Below the pieces are notes generated by a model that saw only the letters and a list, made by a program, of their open reading frames with translations, was not told where the DNA came from and ran no database searches. Positions 29,619-38,167 of a stretch of DNA of 64,000 nucleotides are shown here, in pieces; within the stretch, counting starts at the first letter, position 1; the number at the start of each line of letters is the position of its first letter. The stretch is from Candidatus Krumholzibacteriota bacterium. Lineage in GTDB: Bacteria > Krumholzibacteriota > Krumholzibacteriia > JAJRXK01. Both the position numbers and the translations under genes were made by a program. The DNA lies in contig CAWDWO010000016.1 in the NCBI GenBank assembly GCA_963806035.1, forward strand, positions 10,581 to 74,580, in the 5' to 3' direction.

Positions 29619-30582
29619 TCAGTTGGTCTTGCGCTGCTCCAGCAGCTTCTGGAGCTTCTTCTCGATGACTTCGAGTCTCTTCTGCACGTCCTCCAGCTCT
29701 ACCTGTTTGTCCTCCAGCTTCGTTGATACAGCTCAGCGCCTTCTCGCTCTCGGGAGAGATGATGCCCACGCTGCCACTGTCACCGTCGCCTCCACGGCTG
29801 TACCACCGGAAGGTACGGGGCAGATCCGGGGTATCGATGTCGTAATTGAAGTCCTTGTTGAAGTTGAAATTGAAATTCTTGCCGTCGAAAGCGTAGATGC
29901 CGTGCCCCTCGTTTTTCTCGGGCTTGGCCTTGATGGTCGTGCTCTTGCCCTTGCGCAAAACGGTCAGGGTGATCGTATCGCCTTCCTTGATCTCCCGCAG
30001 CTTCTTGCGGAGATCGGAGATGTCGTTGACCTGCTCGTCGTCGATGCGGGTGATGATGTCGTAGGCCTTCAGTCCAGCTTTCTCGGCCGGACTGTCCTCG
30101 ATGACCGAACGCACCAGGATCCCCTCGTCCTCATCCAGCCCCAGTTGGGCCGCCATTGCGTCGTCGACCTCGCCGATGGTGACGCCGAGATAGAGCCCCT
30201 GGTTCATCTTCGCGATGGCCCAGCTGTGAGGCTTACCGCTGGGAACCGTCGAGGAATAGATCACATTCCCCTCGTCATCGACGAGGCACTGGTAGACCAC
30301 CCGGCCATCGTCATCGAGAACGATGCGGGTGTTTCCATGCTTGATGATCCGGTCTTCGGGCAGGGGATCGCCGTCCTCGAGGATCTTCCACTCTGCGCCG
30401 AGCTTCTGCACGACGTAGGAGTGCGGCTGCCCGTCGTCGCCGATGATCGTGATGTTGCTGGTGGACTTGTCTTTGGACTTGGCCTCGGCTGCGTTCGCCA
30501 ACGCTCCCCAGAGGGCCAGCGCGCCCATGACGAAGAGCACCGCAACCACGATTTGAATGACTCGTTCCTTGTTGACTATCAC
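29619..30582 (-). CDS. Periplasmic PDZ-domain protein with C-terminal coiled coil; apparent frameshift near 29721
   Basis: Signal/TM segment, YLGV...SPAEKAGLK..DII..ID PDZ domain; a heptad coiled coil KLEDKQVELEDVQKRLEVIEKKLQKLLEQRKTN* lies in a different frame and ends at 29619. Confidence 0.75.
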
Positions 30583-30640
30583 GTCGTTTCCTCCCAGGTG
30601 GGCCGTGCTGGCCGAGGTGGGGACCCTTGGTCCCCGGCTA

Positions 30641-31252
30641 CTAGAGATGTTCGCGCCGGTCGGGTTCGTATTTGGCCGGGACGACCACGGGGTTGCCCCA
30701 TTCGTCGGGCGCGGCTTCGTAGAGACTCTTCACACGCCGGCGTTCGAGTATCCGGCGCAGGTAGACGACTTCGGTTCCCTTTCCCTGAGGCGCCGGCTTG
30801 CGGTCGACGACCAAGAGGGGGAGTTCCTCCACCAGGCGCCCCTCGCGGGTGCCCGCCTGCCGGTAAAGGTCGAGGGCTTGCTGCATCGTGGCGGCCTCCG
30901 CGGGCGGAGCCGTAGTCGAAGGGGCACCGGGGATACCGGTCAGCCAGAAGAGAGCGATGCAGGCGGCGACGGCCCAGCCGATCCAGGGACCCGGACGGAA
31001 ACGCCGGATCGGAGCGGGGCTGGTCGAGGAGTGCTGGGCGGCCGCCGCGCGGAGATCGTCCAACTCCAGGGCTTCGGCTCGGAGTACGGTATTGGCGACC
31101 CCCAGATTCAGCTCGTTCTGGTCCTTCAACGACAGCGCGAGGCGGTGCCAGAGCTGTGGATCCTGCTGAGCCTTGAGCTCGAGTTCTTCCCAGGCGGCTG
31201 GCTCAGCCGAACCGCTGAGTACGCGATGGATGAGGGTAGCTTCGTGTCTCAT
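30641..31252 (-). CDS. Putative single-TM anti-sigma factor
   Basis: Starts 1 nt after the ECF sigma stop codon; N-terminal helical domain, TM WIGWAVAACIALFWLTG. Confidence 0.7.
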   Translation of the reverse strand: MRHEATLIHRVLSGSAEPAAWEELELKAQQDPQLWHRLALSLKDQNELNLGVANTVLRAEALELDDLRAAAAQHSSTSPAPIRRFRPGPWIGWAVAACIALFWLTGIPGAPSTTAPPAEAATMQQALDLYRQAGTREGRLVEELPLLVVDRKPAPQGKGTEVVYLRRILERRRVKSLYEAAPDEWGNPVVVPAKYEPDRREHL

Positions 31253-31253
31253 G

Positions 31254-31847
31254 TCATTCTCCTTGCCGTGCCAACGCGGCAGATGCGGCGGGACGGGGTG
31301 CGGAGAGTTGCTTCCGCAAGAGCTGGCGTGCCCGGACCAGGCGCGTTTCCACCGTGGTCTCGGGCAATTCGAGGCTTTGGGCGATGCTCTTCTGGCTCAT
31401 GCCCTCCAGTGCGCGCAGAAGCAGTGGTTCGCGGTACTTGAGCGGCAGCTCGCGCGCCGCGGAGAGCGCCCGCTGAGCCGCCAGCCCGGCTTCGAGGGCG
31501 GCGAAACTGCGTTCCGCCGCGCTGTCCGCCACGCCCTCGTGGTGGCTTTGCAGGCGGCTGAGGATCCGGCGTCTCAAGCCCGCTTTTCGTCCCGCCGAAC
31601 GGGCAGTATTGAGCGCCACGTGCCGTAACCACGGCCGCAGCTTCGCCGGATCCTCCAGACTCTGAATTCCCGCCACCACCTTCAAGGCAACCTCCTGCAA
31701 CAGATCGTCGAGTTCGCCCTCGCGGGGCATGTGCGCCAGGAGCACCACCGCGAGCCAGCGCCGGTTCTCCTTCCACAGCCGATCCAGGGCCGCGGCATCT
31801 CCAGCGTGGGCTTGCTGGAGGAATTGGACTTCGGGGTTTGTGTCCAT
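31254..31847 (-). CDS. ECF RNA polymerase sigma factor
   Basis: Region 2 DDLLQEV...WL..VA.N.AR; region 4 LP.KYRE.LLLR..EGMS...IA..L.....TV.TRL.RAR. Confidence 0.9.
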   Translation of the reverse strand: MDTNPEVQFLQQAHAGDAAALDRLWKENRRWLAVVLLAHMPREGELDDLLQEVALKVVAGIQSLEDPAKLRPWLRHVALNTARSAGRKAGLRRRILSRLQSHHEGVADSAAERSFAALEAGLAAQRALSAARELPLKYREPLLLRALEGMSQKSIAQSLELPETTVETRLVRARQLLRKQLSAPRPAASAALARQGE

Positions 31848-32047
31848 CTACTCCACTAGGACGCGTGAGAAAAAAGGTTCCGTCCAAAAAATTTCGAAAA
31901 ACTTCCCGATGCGGACCTCGGTGGGGCGAGACGCTTCCTTGTCCGGGCCCGGCCCAGTTCCTACCGTGGGGCGAATTCCGTAAACCAGATCCTGGACTCC
32001 GCAGGCTTGCGGAAGGGTCCAGTCCCTCAACCCCTCAAGAGTGAGCC

Positions 32048-33187
32048 ATGGACTACGATTTCAACGAACGCGAAGCGATGATCCGCGACTTGACCCGTAA
32101 GATCGCCAAGGAGAAGGTCTTACCCGTCCGGGCCGAGTTGGATGAAAAGAGCGAGTTCCCCTACGAGGCCATGGCCGCCATGGCACAGGCCGACCTCTTC
32201 CGGGTATTCATCCCCGAGGAGTACGAGGGAATCGGCGGGGGCTGCATGGAAATCTGCATCGTGGCCGAGGAACTGAGCCGGGTCTGTGCGGGAGTGGCCA
32301 CCACCTACTCCGCCAACGCGTTGGCGGCCCAGCCCATCGTCATTGCGGGCAACGAGGAGCAGAAGCAAAAGTACCTCTCGCGCATCGCGAGCGGAAAGAG
32401 CTTCGCGGCCTTCGCCCTCACCGAGCCGGGAGCGGGAAGCGACGCTGGCGCAATCCAGACCACGGCCAAGGAGACCGAGACAGGTTTCGTGCTCAACGGC
32501 ACCAAGCAATTCATCACCAACGGTGAGGTCGCCGAGATCTACACCGTACTCGCCAGCACCGATCCCTCCCGCGGCGCGCGCGGTCTCAGCGCTTTCATCG
32601 TCGAGAAGGGCACCCCCGGATTTTCCTTCGGCAAGGAGGAGAACAAGATGGGGATCCGCGCCTCCAAGACCACCGAACTCATCTTCCAGGACTGCGAGAT
32701 TCCCAAGGAGAACCTCTTGGGTCGCAAGGGTGCCGGCTTTTTGACCGCGATGAAGACCTTCGACCATACCCGCCCCGGCGTGGGAGCGCAGGCGGTGGGG
32801 ATTGCTCAGGGCGCGCTGGACGAAGCCATCCACTATGCCAAGGAACGCGAGCAGTTCGGCAAGCCCATCACCACTTTCCAGGGCATCCAGTTCATGATCG
32901 CGGACATGGCGACCCAGATCGAAGCGGCTCGCGCCCTGGTCTACTCCACGGCGCGGATGATCGACCGCGGGGTCAAGAACACCGCGCGCGAATCCGCCAT
33001 GGCCAAGATGTTCGCCAGCGACATGGCGATGCGCGTGACGACCGATGCGGTGCAGGTTGTCGGGGGTTACGGCTACATGCGCGACTATCCCATGGAGAAG
33101 TTCATGCGCGACGCCAAGATCACCCAGATCTACGAGGGCACCAACCAGATCCAGCGCCTGGTGGTGGCAAACGCGGTACTGAAGTAG
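32048..33187 (+). CDS. Acyl-CoA dehydrogenase (butyryl-CoA DH-like)
   Basis: FALTEPGAGSD, LNGTKQFITNG, KMGIRAS.T, REQFGKPI, RDAKITQIYEGTNQIQR motifs. Confidence 0.95.
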   Translation: MDYDFNEREAMIRDLTRKIAKEKVLPVRAELDEKSEFPYEAMAAMAQADLFRVFIPEEYEGIGGGCMEICIVAEELSRVCAGVATTYSANALAAQPIVIAGNEEQKQKYLSRIASGKSFAAFALTEPGAGSDAGAIQTTAKETETGFVLNGTKQFITNGEVAEIYTVLASTDPSRGARGLSAFIVEKGTPGFSFGKEENKMGIRASKTTELIFQDCEIPKENLLGRKGAGFLTAMKTFDHTRPGVGAQAVGIAQGALDEAIHYAKEREQFGKPITTFQGIQFMIADMATQIEAARALVYSTARMIDRGVKNTARESAMAKMFASDMAMRVTTDAVQVVGGYGYMRDYPMEKFMRDAKITQIYEGTNQIQRLVVANAVLK

Positions 33188-33218
33188 CGCGCGGCGGAGG
33201 CCTTCGCGCACCTAACGC

Positions 33219-34307
33219 TCAGCCCAGCCAGCCCTTCTTCTTGAAATACACGAGAAGGGTGGCCGCGACCGCGATCATCAGGCCCCACGCAAACGGGTAC
33301 CCGAAGTACCAGTTCAGCTCCGGCATGTTCCAGGGCGATTTCTGAGGATTGAAGTTCATCCCATAGAGCCCCGCGATGAAGGAGAGCGGGATGAACAGGG
33401 TCGCAATGATGGTCAGCACCTTCATGATCTCGTTCATGCGATTGCTCACGATGCTGAGGTAGAGGTCCATCAATCCGGAGCTGACGTCGCGATACGATTC
33501 GACGATGTCCATCAGTCGCAGGGCGTGGTCGTGACAGTCCCTCAGATAGACCTGCGTCGTCTCATCGATGAGACCGCTCTCGTCCCGTGCCAGTGAGCTC
33601 ATCAATTCGCGTAGGGGCCAGATGTAGCGCCTGAGAGTGGCGAGGTCACGCTTGAGCTGGTGGAGACTTCTGATCGTTTCTTGGTTCTGGTGATCCAGAA
33701 CATCCGCCTCCAGATCTTCCAACTGATCTCCGTAGTACTCCAACAAGGGAAAGTACGCGTCGACGATGGCGTCGAGAATGGCGTAGGCCAGATAGCCTGC
33801 CGATCCTTCGCGAATCCTGGGGCGGCCTTCGCGAAGACGCGCGCGGACCGGTTCGAGGCAGTCGCCGATCTGCTCCTGGAAAGTGAGCACGATTCCCGGA
33901 CCCAAAAGCAGACTGAACTGCTCGGTCTCGAGCGTGTCGCTCGACCTCGGCATACGAAGCACCACGAAGCGAAGATCCCCGTACTCATCCACCTTGGGCC
34001 TCTGGTTGACGTGCACGATGTCTTCGACCGCCAAAAGGTGCAGGCCGAAGGCCTTGGCCACCTCTTGAATGACATTTTCATTGCCCAGGCCGTCCACGTT
34101 GACCCAGGTCACCGCGCGTTCGCGGACTCGCGAGCGTAATGACGACAGATCGGTGATGTCCTCCTCGACGAGTTCCTGCTCGTTGTAGGAGGTGAGATGC
34201 ACCTTGCTGGGCGCGGCATCAGGATCTGAAAAAATCGTGCCGGGAGATGCTCCGACGGGAGCGCGCCGCTTGGCGGGATTCTTACGCTTCTTGGAGTGCT
34301 TCTTCAT
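33219..34307 (-). CDS. corA: Magnesium/cobalt transporter CorA
   Basis: QRPKVDEY, YLRDC.DH, MNEIMKVLT, YGMNF and MPEL.W.FGYP motifs; ATG at 34307. Confidence 0.93.
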   Translation of the reverse strand: MKKHSKKRKNPAKRRAPVGASPGTIFSDPDAAPSKVHLTSYNEQELVEEDITDLSSLRSRVRERAVTWVNVDGLGNENVIQEVAKAFGLHLLAVEDIVHVNQRPKVDEYGDLRFVVLRMPRSSDTLETEQFSLLLGPGIVLTFQEQIGDCLEPVRARLREGRPRIREGSAGYLAYAILDAIVDAYFPLLEYYGDQLEDLEADVLDHQNQETIRSLHQLKRDLATLRRYIWPLRELMSSLARDESGLIDETTQVYLRDCHDHALRLMDIVESYRDVSSGLMDLYLSIVSNRMNEIMKVLTIIATLFIPLSFIAGLYGMNFNPQKSPWNMPELNWYFGYPFAWGLMIAVAATLLVYFKKKGWLG

Positions 34308-34719
34308 CGCGGGCTCCTCGCGGGGATGAGTCGAAAACGGCACGCAATCACGCTGTTGAACACGCTCGGGTGGTGGGGTGGATCATATCAGAATCACCCG
34401 TTTAGAAAAGAGCGGGCTGCAGAGGAGAAAGGAGGGGGGAATCCCTGCTGGTTCTCGTCCTAGATGGAGAGTCCTCTTCTCATCGACGCTGGTCCCAAAA
34501 CCCGCCGATGGAGTTGGGCTCCTGGGGTTGGGGCCGACTGCGCGAGGAAAGGGAGCCTCCTCGCCGGGAACGCCCCTCCCCACTCAAACCCCCAAAGATC
34601 CCACGATTGCGACAGCACTCCGTTTGAAACAAAGCCCGCCTACACGAGCTTGCAATGCGAACTCTTGCTTCCGTAAACTTCAGAGTGGCTCCTCGAACTC
34701 CCATGATTGGAGGCAGGTC

Positions 34720-36288
34720 GTGTTCCCCCGACGCTGCGAAGGGCTGCCTACTCTGGTCCTGACGCTCCTTGCGCTGCTGTTCGTCTCACTGCCCGCCCTC
34801 GCCGACACTCTGTTCGTTCCAGAAGATTACAATTTGGATTCGGCGCTCAGTGCAGCGACATCCGGCGACACCGTATCGGTAGCCGGAGGGACACTGGAGT
34901 ACGGTTCCGTCCACCTACCTCCCGGTATCGTCCTTCTTTCGCGCGAGCCCTGGACGAATAGTATTTCGCGGCTGCTGGCGTGGGATTTGAGCGGGAAATC
35001 CGAAGTACGTGGGTTTCGATTCACCGCGTATCCCTATTGGAACCCCGCGGCGCCGATTTGGCTTGGGGTCATCGTGGACAATTCCGAGGTGTGGTTTTCA
35101 GAGTGTCATTTTGAGGGCTTGGATTCGGAAATTGGCGAAGCGAACGGAATCGATTATCCCGGAGCCGCATCCTATCGCTGGCCTCTGGACTTTCGGAATG
35201 ATTCGAATGTGTTTTTGGATTCGTGCTCGTTCAGTGAGAACACCTCGAACAAGAACGATTACTCCGGAACCTCTGCCTGCATCGCTTCCGTGACATCCAT
35301 TCTGGAGATCTTCAACTGTACTTTCGAACACCAGGACCACGCCCTCTACTCCTCCAGCGGGTCCGTCATTCTTACAAAAAGCAGTTTTCGCGAATGTCAC
35401 GATGAGTTTCTGTGGGTGAATGGACCGCTGTCGATGCTGGGGAATCTGATCGTCAACTGTGGTCCGCGCTATTGGGAAACACCGGGCTATCTCAAAGACG
35501 GGACATTCAAGGAAGGAAGCTGCGAGAAGACACCGAGCATCCACCTGGGCGGATCGGTTCAGCTCCAGAGCAATACCTTCGTCGACAACCCGGTTCTGTT
35601 TCCTCCCTACTATCAGTGGTGCTCGGAGTCATTTCCCGAGCCGGACGATCGCCTTGCCCTGGTCATTCTGGAACCAAGCACTACGGGAGCGATCAACCAA
35701 AACCTCTTCATCGGCCTCACTGGCCCCGCGCTGCAGGCGCCGGCCACGATCCAGGTTTCGTGCAACGACGCCTGGGATGGCCTGGGTCAGTACTGGGTGG
35801 GAGATGTGGGCGACCTGACCGGGATCGACGGCAACATCTCCGAGGCACCCATCTTCTGTGGGCGGAATACGGGGGACTACACCCTCAGCTTGCAGTCCCC
35901 GGCCGCCAATGCCAGCTGCGGACTCATGGGAGCATTCCCCGCGCAGTGCGATCGGGCGCTGGAGATTCCGGACGACGGCGGCACTCAGACCGGCGGTGAA
36001 CCGGCGAAGCTGCAAACTCGCCTGTTGGGCGCCGCACCCAATCCCTTCAATCCGCGCACCCAGATTCGCTTCGAGTTGGAATACGCGGGCGAGGTGCAAC
36101 TGGAGATCTTCGACGTCGCGGGACGGCTGGTGCGTAGCTGGAGCCTGCCGCAAATGGAAGCCGGGCCGCACTCGGTTCCCTGGGACGGCCACGACGCCCA
36201 CGGCAATGCGGTCTCCAGTGGGGTGTACTATCTCCGATTGCAGTATGCGCGGAAGGTACTCAGCGGCCGCATGGCGCTTCTGCGCTGA
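34720..36288 (+). CDS. Secreted parallel beta-helix protein with C-terminal FlgD-Ig (T9SS-CTD-like) domain
   Basis: GTG at 34720 after GGAGG; signal peptide ...ALA|DTL.VP; repeated C.F..N beta-helix turns; GNIS..P.FC...DY.L...SP; PNPFNP.T.I.F.L...IFDV.GRLVR...WDG.D..G..V.SGVYY. Confidence 0.82.
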   Translation: MFPRRCEGLPTLVLTLLALLFVSLPALADTLFVPEDYNLDSALSAATSGDTVSVAGGTLEYGSVHLPPGIVLLSREPWTNSISRLLAWDLSGKSEVRGFRFTAYPYWNPAAPIWLGVIVDNSEVWFSECHFEGLDSEIGEANGIDYPGAASYRWPLDFRNDSNVFLDSCSFSENTSNKNDYSGTSACIASVTSILEIFNCTFEHQDHALYSSSGSVILTKSSFRECHDEFLWVNGPLSMLGNLIVNCGPRYWETPGYLKDGTFKEGSCEKTPSIHLGGSVQLQSNTFVDNPVLFPPYYQWCSESFPEPDDRLALVILEPSTTGAINQNLFIGLTGPALQAPATIQVSCNDAWDGLGQYWVGDVGDLTGIDGNISEAPIFCGRNTGDYTLSLQSPAANASCGLMGAFPAQCDRALEIPDDGGTQTGGEPAKLQTRLLGAAPNPFNPRTQIRFELEYAGEVQLEIFDVAGRLVRSWSLPQMEAGPHSVPWDGHDAHGNAVSSGVYYLRLQYARKVLSGRMALLR

Positions 36289-36372
36289 GCCGAAAGCCGC
36301 GAGAGGGTGGGCGCCTGATCGGAGTTGTCTACCCGGGTAGAGGAGGGGAATTCCGCTGGGCTGCGGGAATTC

Positions 36373-38040
36373 TCAGTCTTGCTGGGCCTTGTGGACTGCC
36401 TCGCGCAGCAGCTGCGCCCAGCTGTCATCAGGTGCGAATTCCTCGTAGCGCTGCAGGAGCTGCTCCGCGTCTTTGACTTTTCCCAGCGCCAAACTCACCT
36501 GAATCTGATCGTAGAGTGCGCGTAGATAGTTCGGGGTCGAACTCTCGACACGCGTCAGAAGAGCGTCGGCCTGCTCGAGTAGGCTACGACGTTCGTCGTC
36601 TGTTGGTGCATTCAAAGAGCGTTGGTATTCCACGATCGCCAGTCCGATGAGCGCTTCGGAATTCAGAGGGTCGTGCCTCAGCGCCGTCTGGTAGCTCTCT
36701 TCGGCCAGCTCCAGTTTTCCCCGAGCCAACTTGAGATGAGCGAGTGCGTTGCTGGTGCCGACCGGATCGATGCCCTTGCTCCGTTGCAGGATGAGGGTCT
36801 CCTCGGCCGCGACCATCTGCGACTCGCTGGAGACGTGATTGCTGCCTCGCAGGATCCCGGAGTTCTCCGCGGAGAACTCCTGCGCCAAGCGCAGGGGCGC
36901 GGCGATTCCGCTGGGATAGCGCAGATGAAGGTCCTGGACGGCCTGAGTTTGGCCTCCTGCCCCGAGGAGGGCTCCCAATGGTAGTCGCGAGCGTACGAGG
37001 GGAGAGAGCACGACCAGAAGGGCCGCCGCACAGGCCACCAGAGTCTGGACGGCTTGGCGCCGGGGCCAGCGTGGGAAGGAGACGATTCGCGCGGAGTCTC
37101 GCCTTCTGGTTCGCTCGAGGATGGCTGCGTAGTACTCCGGAATGTCCTCTTGGCGGAGGTGCTTCCACTGCTGTGGATCCAGAGGGGCATCCAGGATGGA
37201 GACGACTCTCGCCAGTTCTCGGCGGGCATCATCGTCGCGGCTCAGCAACTCCATGCGACGTGCAGTCGTCGTCTCGTCCAGCTCTCCTAAAACGAAATCC
37301 AGAATCTCCTCGGAATTACGCCATCCCTCCCCTGTGGGACCTTCGGGTTCGGGATGGCCGTCATCGACCGAACGAGAACGAGCGCCGGGTCCTCCGAGAT
37401 TCTGCCGGAGGATCTTGCGACCCCGCTCGATCACCTTCTCCACACCGCCCCGGCTCAAGCCGAAGCTCTCGATCGAGGCAATGCGCGCGGCGGACAAGCC
37501 ATCCATGAGCGCCATGTTACAGATGATGATGTCGCGCTCGCAGGTGGGACGACTCGCCCAGTGCTTTTGCAGTAGTGGCGTGATGCGCTCTTGGATTTGC
37601 CGGATCTCGACTTCTACATCGACGGGCATGCCGCCATCCTGCGCTTGAGCGATGACCTGGTCATGCGTCTCCTCATCCAAAGCCGCATACTTGGGGCGCC
37701 GTTGCGCTCCGTCCCGTTTCAGCTTGTCCCGAACCACGTTCGAAGCGGTCTTCCGTAAGTACATGTGAAACTCGCCTTCGCTGCGATCAGGGTAACTGCG
37801 GAGGTGCTTTCGGCCGCTCCCACAGAGCTTGGCCCAACTGTCCTGACAGGCATCTTCCACGTCATCGTGGTTGAAACGGCCAGGCAACTGCACTTGAAAG
37901 ATCCTCACCACGGCTTGCCGAACCACTGGATCGAAGCGTCGGATCAATTCCGACCAGGCTCGATCGTCGTCGCTCGTCGCACAGAGTGCGTAAACAACCG
38001 AAAACGGAGTGTCCTTTCCGCAATTCACGCTGGCTCCCAC
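36373..38040 (-). CDS. ECF sigma factor fused to anti-sigma-like domain, TM helix and extracytoplasmic TPRs
   Basis: Sigma region 2 (AW.ELI.RF...DVEDACQD.W...YL...A.N...D..KR), region 4 (DGLSAARIA...V...I.R.R..LR), anti-sigma-like EEILDFVLGELD, TM AVQTLVACAAALLVVL, TPR (A...YQ.AL..DP...EAL..LA); one uninterrupted ORF. Confidence 0.78.
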   Translation of the reverse strand: MGASVNCGKDTPFSVVYALCATSDDDRAWSELIRRFDPVVRQAVVRIFQVQLPGRFNHDDVEDACQDSWAKLCGSGRKHLRSYPDRSEGEFHMYLRKTASNVVRDKLKRDGAQRRPKYAALDEETHDQVIAQAQDGGMPVDVEVEIRQIQERITPLLQKHWASRPTCERDIIICNMALMDGLSAARIASIESFGLSRGGVEKVIERGRKILRQNLGGPGARSRSVDDGHPEPEGPTGEGWRNSEEILDFVLGELDETTTARRMELLSRDDDARRELARVVSILDAPLDPQQWKHLRQEDIPEYYAAILERTRRRDSARIVSFPRWPRRQAVQTLVACAAALLVVLSPLVRSRLPLGALLGAGGQTQAVQDLHLRYPSGIAAPLRLAQEFSAENSGILRGSNHVSSESQMVAAEETLILQRSKGIDPVGTSNALAHLKLARGKLELAEESYQTALRHDPLNSEALIGLAIVEYQRSLNAPTDDERRSLLEQADALLTRVESSTPNYLRALYDQIQVSLALGKVKDAEQLLQRYEEFAPDDSWAQLLREAVHKAQQD

Positions 38041-38167
38041 CAGAAAGACGAATTTCTTCGATTCCGGACGAAACCAGTGTGCTGGCTGGCCCCGGGGGCG
38101 TCAAGCCGTGCCCCCGTCATTGCCTCTACACTCAAGACGAAAAAGCGTGGATACTTCCTAGTGGGAA

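Noticed and set aside
29590..29720. C-terminus of the PDZ ORF as given in the ORF track
   Set aside because: The alternative frame encodes a far more protein-like coiled coil ending at 29619; treated as a frameshift.
31848..31885. Autoregulatory ECF promoter GGAAC...CGTC upstream of the ECF sigma gene (minus strand)
   Set aside because: Both boxes are present but only 13 nt apart, shorter than the usual spacing of about 16-17 nt, so it is not supported well enough.
34378..34719. 114-aa N-terminal extension of the beta-helix ORF, and G/C-tract hairpins in this region as an ncRNA
   Set aside because: The RBS and signal peptide place the start at 34720. Short inverted repeats (GCGAGGA/TCCTCGC) exist but match no RNA family I recognise.
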